From UHGV virus genome UHGV-0119633: 28,006 bases of DNA. The stretch is one strand, 5' to 3'. The notes under the pieces are model-generated. The model searched no databases. It was not told the DNA's origin and saw only the letters and a program-made list of their open reading frames with translations. Below, piece after piece: positions 15,181-22,852 of the stretch. How positions within the stretch are numbered: position 1 is the stretch's first letter; every line of letters starts with the position of its first letter. The DNA comes from a virus. A program made the position numbers and the translations under genes.

Positions 15181-15537
15181 TTAAATCTTGTTTTTCTCTA
15201 AATAGAGTTCTTCAAGTTGTATAGTTAGTTCTTCTATCCGTGCTTGCCTTTCTGGAATTCTACTAAATTTATTAATGTTTATAGTATCATCCAATCTGCT
15301 TATAGATTCCTTTAACTCGTCAATTTCAAATATCACGCGCTTTATCTCTCTGTCGATACTTCTTTTTGCTACCGATGTAACCTTTCCTAGTCTAATGTCG
15401 ATACTGTTCAGAATCTTAGTCTTATGATTCAACTTGCATCCCATTATAACTAATCCAGTTCCGGCGACAGCTAATGATATCTCGATTTTATGCTCCTTGA
15501 TATAGTCTTTAGCTTTGTTAAATTTTTCTTTCAGCAT
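15181..15537 (-). CDS. membrane-anchored coiled-coil protein, paralog of 453-836 N-terminus
   Basis: ORF track 118 aa; RBS AAAGGAGG; MLKEKFNKAKDYIKEHKIEIS...GLVI parallels MKEKLEKAKIFVKEHKKEILIGTGLVI. Confidence 0.6.
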   Translation of the reverse strand: MLKEKFNKAKDYIKEHKIEISLAVAGTGLVIMGCKLNHKTKILNSIDIRLGKVTSVAKRSIDREIKRVIFEIDELKESISRLDDTININKFSRIPERQARIEELTIQLEELYLEKNKI

Positions 15538-15567
15538 AATAAATACCTCCTTTAAATAACTTTAATG

Positions 15568-15599
15568 ATTTCCATTAAAGGAGATGTTTACGACGCGAG
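15568..15599 (-). promoter_or_regulatory. conserved intergenic motif, copy J
   Basis: Minus-strand CTCGCGTCGTAAACATCTCCTTTAATGGAAA; between terminator 15612-15656 and RBS of 15181-15537. Confidence 0.35.
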
Positions 15600-15611
15600 A
15601 TTAACACTTTT

Positions 15612-15656
15612 AGAAAAAGAAACAAAAAGAAAGACCCCAGCATTTCTGCCAGAGTC
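15612..15656 (-). terminator. rho-independent terminator
   Basis: GACUCUGGC-AGAAAU-GCUGGGGUC (9 bp, 3 G-U) then UUUCUUUUUGUUUC; after stop of 15664-16110. Confidence 0.5.
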
Positions 15657-15663
15657 TATCTCT

Positions 15664-16110
15664 TTAAATATAGTCCAATATGTTTCCATCCACATTGAAG
15701 TCTAATAATGCCGTATTCTTATAACCATTGATAAAATCGAAATTACATTCATTCATTAAACCAAAATCTACGAAATTGTCTCCAATAGGATTCTCCTCGT
15801 CATAAACCCAGCCAACAACTGCTCCTGCTTTTGTTCTCGGAATGCCTAACGTATCGTAGACATCATTCAGAAATAAATGTCCTCTTGATCTCAGCAAAAC
15901 ATTACAATATTTCTGCTGATCTTTCAAAAAGTTCATATTATACTCTGGATCTTTAATCCACCCAATACAGCTATCATCGAAAAACCTAGCATATTGACTA
16001 AAGTTTTCGGTTTTGTCAACCCTGTTTCCTGGATACTCTTCTTCTGATTTCAGATTGAATAATTTCTTTAATTCCTCATCATCAATTTCAATAGTTACAT
16101 TAATCTTCAT
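15664..16110 (-). CDS. hypothetical protein (148 aa)
   Basis: Start moved to ATG 16108-16110 (MKINVT) with AGGAGAA RBS. Confidence 0.55.
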   Translation of the reverse strand: MKINVTIEIDDEELKKLFNLKSEEEYPGNRVDKTENFSQYARFFDDSCIGWIKDPEYNMNFLKDQQKYCNVLLRSRGHLFLNDVYDTLGIPRTKAGAVVGWVYDEENPIGDNFVDFGLMNECNFDFINGYKNTALLDFNVDGNILDYI

Positions 16111-16140
16111 AATTATTCTCCTTTCAAATATAAACATATT

Positions 16141-16172
16141 GTTTCATTAAAGGAGATGTTTACGACGCGAGT
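16141..16172 (-). promoter_or_regulatory. conserved intergenic motif, copy K (near-identical to J)
   Basis: Minus-strand CTCGCGTCGTAAACATCTCCTTTAATGAAAC; ~30 nt upstream of start of 15664-16110. Confidence 0.35.
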
Positions 16173-16288
16173 TATTTATGAAAGCCGATATCGCCGGCAA
16201 TAGCAAATAAACCAGCAGCTATAATTAATGCAGGTTCACTTGTCGCAAGATACAAAAATATTAATATTCCAGAAATTACCCATCCCAT
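16172..16288 (-). CDS. possible hydrophobic peptide (38 aa, MGWVISGILIFLYLATSEPALIIAAGLFAIAGDIGFHK)
   Basis: Hand-translated; overlaps helicase stop; weak RBS. Confidence 0.25.
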   Translation of the reverse strand: MGWVISGILIFLYLATSEPALIIAAGLFAIAGDIGFHK

Positions 16289-17562
16289 TTACACCACCGC
16301 CTTTCATTAAATTTTCGCTTTTCATGCAGAGCTCTGGATATTGCTAGGTCAATACCACTCCTACTTTTTAGATGATAGTAATATAAATCTATGAATGGAG
16401 AATTAAGTCTATCGATCCTACCCTTTGCCTGGAGTAATGTCTTGTATGAATATGTTTGCGAATAAAATACGATACAGTTTGTTTTAATGCAATTGAAACC
16501 CTCGGCTCCTGCTGAATAATTTACCAGATAAATCCACTTCTCGCTTTCTGGTATAGCATCATGCTGGTGTCCGTTATATTCTGCAATAACCACATCTTCT
16601 CCATAATATAGATTCTTCAAGATATCCAGTTCGTAGTCGAATGAATAGAACACAATCATTCTTGGATGTTGTTCAAATATCTCTAATAGTTTTATCTGGC
16701 GTGATTCATCTGAATTAACGATTCTACGTAGAACATAGCAAAGCCCAGAAGCTTGTTGGATAGGTTCTTGTTTAAAAGGATCAAAACGAGTTCTAATAGC
16801 TTGCTTGTATTTATGGATGTCGTAAGTAGCCGAAATATCAATGTCATGAGGTACCGTATGTCTCTCGAAATCCATATCAATAAGAATCCGATCTCTTAAA
16901 CGAATCAATCTCGTCTCATTACGATAACCTTCAACACTAGGATACTTTGTCCAACGAGAATATATAATGTGCTCTTGCCTGAATTCCGTTCTATTACGAA
17001 AGAATCCATTAGCCACAAATACCGTTTCGTAATCTGACCAATTATCACCTGGACTAGCTGATAGTATGATCCATTCGTTAAATTTAGCTATCTTTAAAAA
17101 AGCTTTACACCATGCGCCTTTACCAGTTAGCTTATCTTCGTCAAATATAAATACAGCATCTCGAACATCTGCATATTTCTTTATGCATTGCCAACTATCG
17201 ATAAATATTTTGTTCCCATATCTAGTCTTTTTAGTATCTGGATCAGGATATAAAAGAAACGGCATCAATTCTTCTTCCCATTCAAGATCATTTTTTTTCT
17301 TTGCTGTGCTGATAATGTATAAATCTGGTGGATTAGGTTTCATTGGTTTGTACTCTTTATTACCTATGTATCCTCCGTTTTTAGAGAAATACCAATACAA
17401 AGCAGTTCTAGATTTCCCAGAACCTGTGCCACCGTTAAGAATGCAACCGCTGAACATACGATCTATAGCCTGCTGTTGATGTGGATAGAGAAAATCCGTT
17501 TTGGTTTGAGTTTTGTTGTAAGAAATAGTATGTCGATCTTTATAGCTCACTTCCAAAATCAC
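16276..17562 (-). CDS. superfamily-2 helicase (DEAD/DEAH-like ATPase)
   Basis: Walker A GTGSGKS, Walker B FIFDEDK, motif III SASPG, motif VI QAKGRIDR; upstream YPHQQQAI; no in-frame ATG near RBS so start is GTG (17562) or TTG (17556). Confidence 0.75.
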   Translation of the reverse strand: MILEVSYKDRHTISYNKTQTKTDFLYPHQQQAIDRMFSGCILNGGTGSGKSRTALYWYFSKNGGYIGNKEYKPMKPNPPDLYIISTAKKKNDLEWEEELMPFLLYPDPDTKKTRYGNKIFIDSWQCIKKYADVRDAVFIFDEDKLTGKGAWCKAFLKIAKFNEWIILSASPGDNWSDYETVFVANGFFRNRTEFRQEHIIYSRWTKYPSVEGYRNETRLIRLRDRILIDMDFERHTVPHDIDISATYDIHKYKQAIRTRFDPFKQEPIQQASGLCYVLRRIVNSDESRQIKLLEIFEQHPRMIVFYSFDYELDILKNLYYGEDVVIAEYNGHQHDAIPESEKWIYLVNYSAGAEGFNCIKTNCIVFYSQTYSYKTLLQAKGRIDRLNSPFIDLYYYHLKSRSGIDLAISRALHEKRKFNERRWCKWDG

Positions 17563-17744
17563 TCATCCTCCTTACCACTACCGGTCAACTTCCTATACAA
17601 CTCCATGGCCTCTTCTCCCTGAAAAGCATTCAAAATATCGATAGTCTCGCCTTTCTTTTTCTTACCAACGACTAAAATAGCTGTATCAGGTCCGCCTTTC
17701 ATATCAAAATCAACTGATACTAAAATAGAATCTGTTATTCTCAT
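17559..17744 (-). CDS. hypothetical small protein (61 aa)
   Basis: ORF track; RBS GGAGGA 6 nt upstream; coupled to helicase by GTGA overlap. Confidence 0.55.
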   Translation of the reverse strand: MRITDSILVSVDFDMKGGPDTAILVVGKKKKGETIDILNAFQGEEAMELYRKLTGSGKEDE

Positions 17745-18004
17745 AATTCGTCCTCCAAATTTAATCTCGGAAAATGTTTATCTAATAGCTCCAAAAGTTT
17801 TTCTGCACATTCTGGACACATGTCTAGCCGTAAATGTTTGTGTCTATTATTTCTATCCTTGATAGTGAGCGATAACCAAGATTCATCATAAATAGGATCT
17901 AACGCAATTTTTTCGTCAATGACATGGTCAGCCTCAAACCGTATCTTACACATATCGCAAGTATGTTTGATTTTTTTAAATTTTCTTCCTAAATCTGTCG
18001 CCAT
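17741..18004 (-). CDS. zinc-ribbon protein (CDMC...CPEC), 87 aa
   Basis: ORF track; RBS GAAGGGAG. Confidence 0.55.
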   Translation of the reverse strand: MATDLGRKFKKIKHTCDMCKIRFEADHVIDEKIALDPIYDESWLSLTIKDRNNRHKHLRLDMCPECAEKLLELLDKHFPRLNLEDEL

Positions 18005-18076
18005 TTAAGTTACTCCCTTCTAAAATATAAACAAAAAGAAAGAGAGTCCAAATTAATGAACCCTCTCCTCCTGAAA

Positions 18077-18238
18077 CTATTCTTCAGTTTTGTTCTTCAC
18101 GTTATGTCTCGTTTTCGTCACAGATCTCACTGTCTTGCAAACGTATCGTCCGATGCTCTCAACCACTACTCCCATTGCGAACATACCCCACACTGGAATA
18201 TCAATTGTTTTGTCACCTTTCTTAATATGCATGTTCAT
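18077..18238 (-). CDS. hypothetical small protein (53 aa, MNMHIKKGDKTIDIPVWGMFAMGVVVESIG...)
   Basis: Hand-translated; RBS GAAAGGAGAAA 6 nt upstream. Confidence 0.4.
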   Translation of the reverse strand: MNMHIKKGDKTIDIPVWGMFAMGVVVESIGRYVCKTVRSVTKTRHNVKNKTEE

Positions 18239-18282
18239 AATCTGTTTCTCCTTTCATTGTTTGAATTTAACTTTTATGTATA

Positions 18283-18312
18283 GTTTCATAATAGCAAGTG
18301 CGAATATCGCGA
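18283..18312 (-). promoter_or_regulatory. conserved intergenic motif, copy M (variant)
   Basis: Minus-strand TTCGCGATATTCGCACTTGCTATTATGAAAC; upstream of 53-aa ORF 18077-18238. Confidence 0.3.
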
Positions 18313-18354
18313 ATTTTTATGAGCGTGTATTTGATATGTATTTTGCGCGAAATA

Positions 18355-18987
18355 TCAATATGGAATCTTCCACTTGCCTCCTACTTTCACAGCTCCTGGA
18401 TGCAACCCCTGTCTACACTGTTTCTGAATTGTAGCTTTTGTACAACCTAATTTTTCAGCGAGTTCTTCTGCGGTAAGCATGATTACTTTTCTTTCTTCTG
18501 TATTGTCCTTGTTAACCGCGATCGAAAGTTTTGGTATAGTTAAATTATTAAGTGCTTGTTTTAATTCATCCAAAGCCGATAATTCTTCCTCCTCTTTTTC
18601 TTCCGGTAACCATTTCTTAAATACTTCATAATAGTTACCCTTATTTCCAAGAGCCTTCTTAGCAATTGCCATAGCCAGACCTTTCTCCGGATCGTAAATA
18701 TCATCTTCTCCTGATTTTACGATAGTCTTAGTTCCATCTTCCCACAGAACTACAGTTACCGGATCATTGAAATATACTTTCTTAATTGTAATAGTGTTTT
18801 CTCTCCTCTCTGAACTTTCAACTCCAAACATTTTATTCAGAGCATGTTTAGCTAACATTTTCATTTCTTTATCAATATCCATAGCAAGTACCGGATTTAT
18901 TAAAGTATTAGACTCGTAATGACTCCATCCGACACACCCCCTACATGCATAGGTGTTTTTATTTTTACATCCATAACAACTCAACAT
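18355..18987 (-). CDS. DNA-binding protein: N-terminal Cys cluster plus C-terminal excisionase/MerR-like HTH (HTH_17-type)
   Basis: C-terminus IMLTAEELAEKLGCTKATIQKQCRQGLHPGAVKVGGKWKIP matches Xis-type HTH; N-terminus CYGC...CRGC. Confidence 0.6.
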   Translation of the reverse strand: MLSCYGCKNKNTYACRGCVGWSHYESNTLINPVLAMDIDKEMKMLAKHALNKMFGVESSERRENTITIKKVYFNDPVTVVLWEDGTKTIVKSGEDDIYDPEKGLAMAIAKKALGNKGNYYEVFKKWLPEEKEEEELSALDELKQALNNLTIPKLSIAVNKDNTEERKVIMLTAEELAEKLGCTKATIQKQCRQGLHPGAVKVGGKWKIPY

Positions 18988-19125
18988 AATTTTATTTTCC
19001 TTTCTTAAATATCAATCTTTTACATAATGAAGACCCTCCCAAACTACGAGAGAGCCAAGTTACTCAAACGGATTATCTACCTTTGGCATTGTAAATCCCA
19101 CTACGCATCACCTCACTTTGTTTTT

Positions 19126-19308
19126 TTATTCGTAAGCAGACATTTTTACAAAAGATTCGTCATGTTTGTTAAACTGTATGCTAGCATGACAATATGGTCC
19201 GTAAACTTCGATATATACATGTTTCGGATCAATACATTCATAATAGCTATTTTCGTATTTGACACCCCATTTATTTAACCATTCTTTCCATTGTTCTAGA
19301 TCTGTCAT
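19126..19308 (-). CDS. hypothetical small protein (60 aa)
   Basis: ORF track; modest RBS. Confidence 0.45.
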   Translation of the reverse strand: MTDLEQWKEWLNKWGVKYENSYYECIDPKHVYIEVYGPYCHASIQFNKHDESFVKMSAYE

Positions 19309-19343
19309 AATATTATTCTCACTTTCTAAATATCAACTCTAAC

Positions 19344-19877
19344 TTAAAACTCAAACGGAATTTGTTCTACATCCCCGCCCTGAACAGTAACGCTCTGCAT
19401 TAGCTGTCCAGTCTCTTCGTCGTAAAATAAATCATCCAAGAAATGATCAATGTCATCTTGAACGTCCTGGTCTGCCATTCTCATAACTTCATAGCCTTCA
19501 AGACCGATATGACGACGGAGTTTCTTCAAAACAGTAGCAGTCCATCTTCTGAATTTACGAGCTTCAAGTTTCTTACTAGAATATAAAGCTTCATATATAC
19601 CGATCTCATTTACCGCCAACATCCAACGGTATCTATTTTCCCCTTTTGATCTATCCACCTTTGAAAGGTGATCAGATGATTCGTTATACCTTAAAGGTAT
19701 ATCAGATACGTCTACTCTAACTCTCATCATCATATCCGGATCTAATCTCTGAGATACTTTGAATGTTTTAAGTTCCAAAGCATTACAAATATCTTTCAGG
19801 ATAGCCCACCATTCACCATCCTGCTCGATAAATCTAATATCATATCCCATCCAATTCTCTGTTCTCATTTCGCTCAT
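19344..19877 (-). CDS. Bro-N-like domain protein (anti-repressor-type N-terminal domain)
   Basis: MGYDIRFIEQDGEWWAILKDICNALEL resembles Bro-N/KilA-N pattern; start moved to ATG 19875-19877 with AAAGGAGAA RBS. Confidence 0.5.
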   Translation of the reverse strand: MSEMRTENWMGYDIRFIEQDGEWWAILKDICNALELKTFKVSQRLDPDMMMRVRVDVSDIPLRYNESSDHLSKVDRSKGENRYRWMLAVNEIGIYEALYSSKKLEARKFRRWTATVLKKLRRHIGLEGYEVMRMADQDVQDDIDHFLDDLFYDEETGQLMQSVTVQGGDVEQIPFEF

Positions 19878-19891
19878 ATTATTCTCCTTTC

Positions 19892-20029
19892 CTACCAAAA
19901 CTTCACGTTACGAATCTTTCCACAGATCTTACACCGACATCTAAATATGCCTACTTTAAAACCGCAGTAGTCGTAATAAATATCATGCGGTTTGTCTTCG
20001 AGTTTTTCCCATTCGTGAATATGAAACAT
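19892..20029 (-). CDS. small Cys-rich protein (45 aa, MFHIHEWEKLEDKPHDIYYDYCGFKVGIFRCRCKICGK...)
   Basis: Hand-translated; RBS AAAGGAGAGG 6 nt upstream. Confidence 0.4.
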   Translation of the reverse strand: MFHIHEWEKLEDKPHDIYYDYCGFKVGIFRCRCKICGKIRNVKFW

Positions 20030-20074
20030 ACTATACCTCTCCTTTCTTATCAAAAATCCCACACTGATAAAATT

Positions 20075-20103
20075 TTAGTTAAAATAAAAAAAAAGAGGCC
20101 AGA
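20075..20103 (-). terminator. U9 tract after vWA gene (weak hairpin)
   Basis: Run of nine T on minus strand immediately after stop; stem not convincing. Confidence 0.25.
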
Positions 20104-21672
20104 CTATTTAGCCAAGCCCCTTTCGTTTAGTGCATCCTCAACTGCGGAATATCGATCTGAGTTAAGTTGCTCTAATAAGCACTCTAGCGGATCGGTGTTA
20201 TTACTAAGCACCATATTGGTAATAATCGGACTAAATCCACTTACTAAAGCAACTCCTAGATCGTTCTCTTTTACTGGGATGGTTCCTGTTCTGCTACAAA
20301 TGTTCCAGAATATCAATCTAGGAAGTTTATAGCCGTACTGAGAGTAACGATCTGATATCGTATTAAACAGTGTTTTACTCGGTCTGATATTGCTCCATCT
20401 TGAACCTCCTTCGCAACTAGCACAGCTATCAAATTCCATATCTGATAAGATAAGTATGTTTTTAGGAATGTCGTTCTGTGACATGTTATTGTTGATTGCT
20501 GTTTTGAGAATAAGTTCAAATACAGCTTCGATGTTTGTGTTAGCCACCTCGTTGTATCTCCTGGCAATTTCGATCTTTTCTCTCAAAGATTCTCCGTTAC
20601 TAAGATCTACTAAACGAGGATTCATGCTGAATGTAATATATTTGTCTCTGAATTCACCAGAACTTCTTTCAGAAAAATATATTGCAAGAGCATTGGCTAC
20701 CTCTAAAGCTGTTACACTTGTTCCGCCGACAGGACAGTCCATACTACCCGATCCGTCCGCAACGCAAATTGTGTTACCGTCTCCGTTTACATAATCGGGA
20801 AGTGCTTTCCACAATTCTTCAAGTGTAATGTCATCTTTACCTTTGAGTTTATTCCCGTACCAAAATTCACCCCGATCAAAGTATTTATGTACAATATCAT
20901 GCGGGAATAGTACACCAGCATTGATTTTCGTCTCGCCTTTCTGCAAACTCGCTAAGTAACTACTTCTCCTTTCCTCATCGTTCTTCATAAACGCATTACC
21001 ATATATAATATTGGCTCTTGATGGAACCGCAGAATAATCAATCTTTGACCATTCTTTCTTACACATACTAACTTCCACAACTTTTAAATATGCACGAAGA
21101 TCCGAAAGCATTTTACGATAGGATTTCTCGTTAATAAATAACTTCTGAATCATAAGACGTGCTAGTCGTTTTGTCTCTTTAGACGAAGTGTTTGCAGACG
21201 GCATCCATTTAGCTAATAAAGAAATAGGCTCTCCTAGAGATCTCTTCCTTATATCACTTGTCAACTGTGTAGATACAATTGATACAACGTAGTCTGAAAC
21301 GTCAGTGTCTAATAAACACCATAAATCATCCCATCTACCGTATTCCGGAACCAACGGAATGATTGCCTTTGATATATCGGCATGTTTTTCGGATAGATAC
21401 TTAAGACAATATCTGAATAATCTTCTTTCTCCGAGACCTTCTCGTACATCTCTGGCATAGAACAACCACTTGATAGCAAGCTGTTTGTTTTCGTAGAATG
21501 TCTTTACAAACTTGTCTACGATTTCTCCCTCGTCCATATTTCGCATGGATGTTACTGAAAAGTTGATGTCAAGAAGTTCTTTACCAGTAGTACGGTAACC
21601 AACTGCTCCATTTTCAGTAAGGCTTGTGTTGAATTCATCATTGATTGTTTCTTTCAGATTGTTCATAAACAT
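20104..21672 (-). CDS. vWA-domain protein with MIDAS motif and TROVE/Ro60-like N-terminal region (DUF2828-like)
   Basis: 522 aa; DGSGSM (DxSxS MIDAS) followed by vWA-like layout; N-terminal GYRTTGKELLD and LAIKWLFYARDVREGLGERR resemble TROVE module; RBS AAAGGAGAAAAACT. Confidence 0.6.
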   Translation of the reverse strand: MFMNNLKETINDEFNTSLTENGAVGYRTTGKELLDINFSVTSMRNMDEGEIVDKFVKTFYENKQLAIKWLFYARDVREGLGERRLFRYCLKYLSEKHADISKAIIPLVPEYGRWDDLWCLLDTDVSDYVVSIVSTQLTSDIRKRSLGEPISLLAKWMPSANTSSKETKRLARLMIQKLFINEKSYRKMLSDLRAYLKVVEVSMCKKEWSKIDYSAVPSRANIIYGNAFMKNDEERRSSYLASLQKGETKINAGVLFPHDIVHKYFDRGEFWYGNKLKGKDDITLEELWKALPDYVNGDGNTICVADGSGSMDCPVGGTSVTALEVANALAIYFSERSSGEFRDKYITFSMNPRLVDLSNGESLREKIEIARRYNEVANTNIEAVFELILKTAINNNMSQNDIPKNILILSDMEFDSCASCEGGSRWSNIRPSKTLFNTISDRYSQYGYKLPRLIFWNICSRTGTIPVKENDLGVALVSGFSPIITNMVLSNNTDPLECLLEQLNSDRYSAVEDALNERGLAK

Positions 21673-21716
21673 AGTTTTTCTCCTTTCTTACGGTTTTTAA
21701 TCCCTTTGTTTTAAAT

Positions 21717-21870
21717 TTGCTGTTACCGCCTTAGGTCAAGATGCTTCATTCTTCTTAATTGCCAACATTAAAAATTGCTGTTAGCATCTTAAAAAAGAAA
21801 AGAGAGTAGCTGTTACAAGATACTATAATTCGCTCATCCAATTGTTTTAATTAGTTGCTGTTAGTATCTT
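21717..21870. repeat. four dispersed copies of TTGCTGTTA(G/C) in leader of vWA gene
   Basis: TTGCTGTTACC 21717, TTGCTGTTAGCATCTT 21775-21790, TAGCTGTTACAAGATACT 21806-21824, TTGCTGTTAGTATCTT 21855-21870. Confidence 0.5.
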
Positions 21871-21885
21871 TATTTAACTACTACT

Positions 21886-21917
21886 CTCTCTCATAATAGG
21901 TGTTGTAAATTTCGCGT
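21886..21917 (-). promoter_or_regulatory. conserved intergenic motif, copy L
   Basis: Minus-strand GACGCGAAATTTACAACACCTATTATGAGAGAG; heads the repeat-containing leader of the vWA gene. Confidence 0.35.
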
Positions 21918-21919
21918 CT

Positions 21920-22099
21920 CTAGACAAGTACATACAACTGTCTTCCGTTCACAACACCACAAGCCTCAAGTTTTCCATAAGCCTTCAAAGTGTCTAAACC
22001 GTACTTACCAACCAGACTCACAATATAATCCTCGTAAATTGAATCCAGTCCTTCGCAGTCTTTCTTTATGATCTCGTAAACAGATTCTTCGTATGTCAT
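21920..22099 (-). CDS. hypothetical small protein (59 aa)
   Basis: Hand-translated (MTYEESVYEIIKKDCEGLDSIYEDY...); weak RBS AAAGGGG. Confidence 0.35.
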   Translation of the reverse strand: MTYEESVYEIIKKDCEGLDSIYEDYIVSLVGKYGLDTLKAYGKLEACGVVNGRQLYVLV

Positions 22100-22118
22100 T
22101 TTAAGCAGCCCCTTTTAG

Positions 22119-22358
22119 TTAATAATCGCCAAGACCTCTAAATGAAGACGGGGAATACAAAACACTTCCGTCATCTGGGTTATTCCACCAATGTCCTCCG
22201 CCCGAAGTCGTGTAATCATCAGTTCCTATCATTCCGTATTTATTTTTAATAACATAATTTCCGCTTTTATCCGGCTTCCCCTTTATAAAATCATTGAATA
22301 ACGTTTTCCACATTTTATCGTTTCTATAATATTTTTTCTTTAAGTCATCAATACTCAT
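22119..22358 (-). CDS. hypothetical protein (79 aa)
   Basis: ORF track; RBS AAAGGAGAA. Confidence 0.55.
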   Translation of the reverse strand: MSIDDLKKKYYRNDKMWKTLFNDFIKGKPDKSGNYVIKNKYGMIGTDDYTTSGGGHWWNNPDDGSVLYSPSSFRGLGDY

Positions 22359-22359
22359 T

Positions 22360-22545
22360 TCATTCTCCTTTCAACTTCTTTCCACACATAGGACAGTAAT
22401 TGATTCTACTAATTAAACCGTTACTTCCAGATCCATGAATATCATAGCCGTAAGCATTCAATCTATTAGGATAGTGAATGGCAATACCCTGATCATTTGT
22501 TTTACCAGTTACTAAAGGTTTTCCTCCTTCGCAGTATTCACACAT
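22360..22545 (-). CDS. zinc-ribbon protein (61 aa, CEYCEGG...CPMCG)
   Basis: Start set to third codon ATG (22543-22545) for proper SD spacing. Confidence 0.5.
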   Translation of the reverse strand: MCEYCEGGKPLVTGKTNDQGIAIHYPNRLNAYGYDIHGSGSNGLISRINYCPMCGKKLKGE

Positions 22546-22566
22546 ATTCATTCTCCTTTCTTTTAG

Positions 22567-22851
22567 TTAAAATAAATAGACCAGAGCCACAATATAATGT
22601 AGCACCTGGTCGGTAACGTAATTTATTTTGTTGTATCGGGCTTTCAATGGATCAATAATCATATGAGCTACAAATATCAATCCAAGCTGCCACGTTAACC
22701 CGAATGCTATATAGAACGGTAAAACATATAATCCACAATGAACAAATAGATGATACCAGTTTGATCCTTTTGATTTGGCGATAAAGTCAGATTGTAAAAC
22801 GTAGTCGCCTACTAAGTGACAAAATATAATTAGTAATATTGTTTCAAACAT
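22567..22851 (-). CDS. DUF3307-like membrane protein
   Basis: HLVGDYVLQS...H...IDPLK...DQVLH pattern and 3 hydrophobic segments; start at ATG 22849-22851 with AAGGAGAA RBS. Confidence 0.5.
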   Translation of the reverse strand: MFETILLIIFCHLVGDYVLQSDFIAKSKGSNWYHLFVHCGLYVLPFYIAFGLTWQLGLIFVAHMIIDPLKARYNKINYVTDQVLHYIVALVYLF

Positions 22852-22852
22852 A

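Noticed and set aside
16692-16880. Minus-strand ORF 16692-16880 and ORF 20313-20567
   Set aside because: Fully nested in other frames of the helicase and vWA genes; no independent support.
346-21917. Reading the 32-bp motif as host sigma-A promoters or as plus-strand SD-ATG starts
   Set aside because: No TTGACA-like hexamer 16-18 bp upstream of the -10-like element on either strand; plus-strand AGGAG-ATG has zero spacing and opens only 3-15-codon frames.
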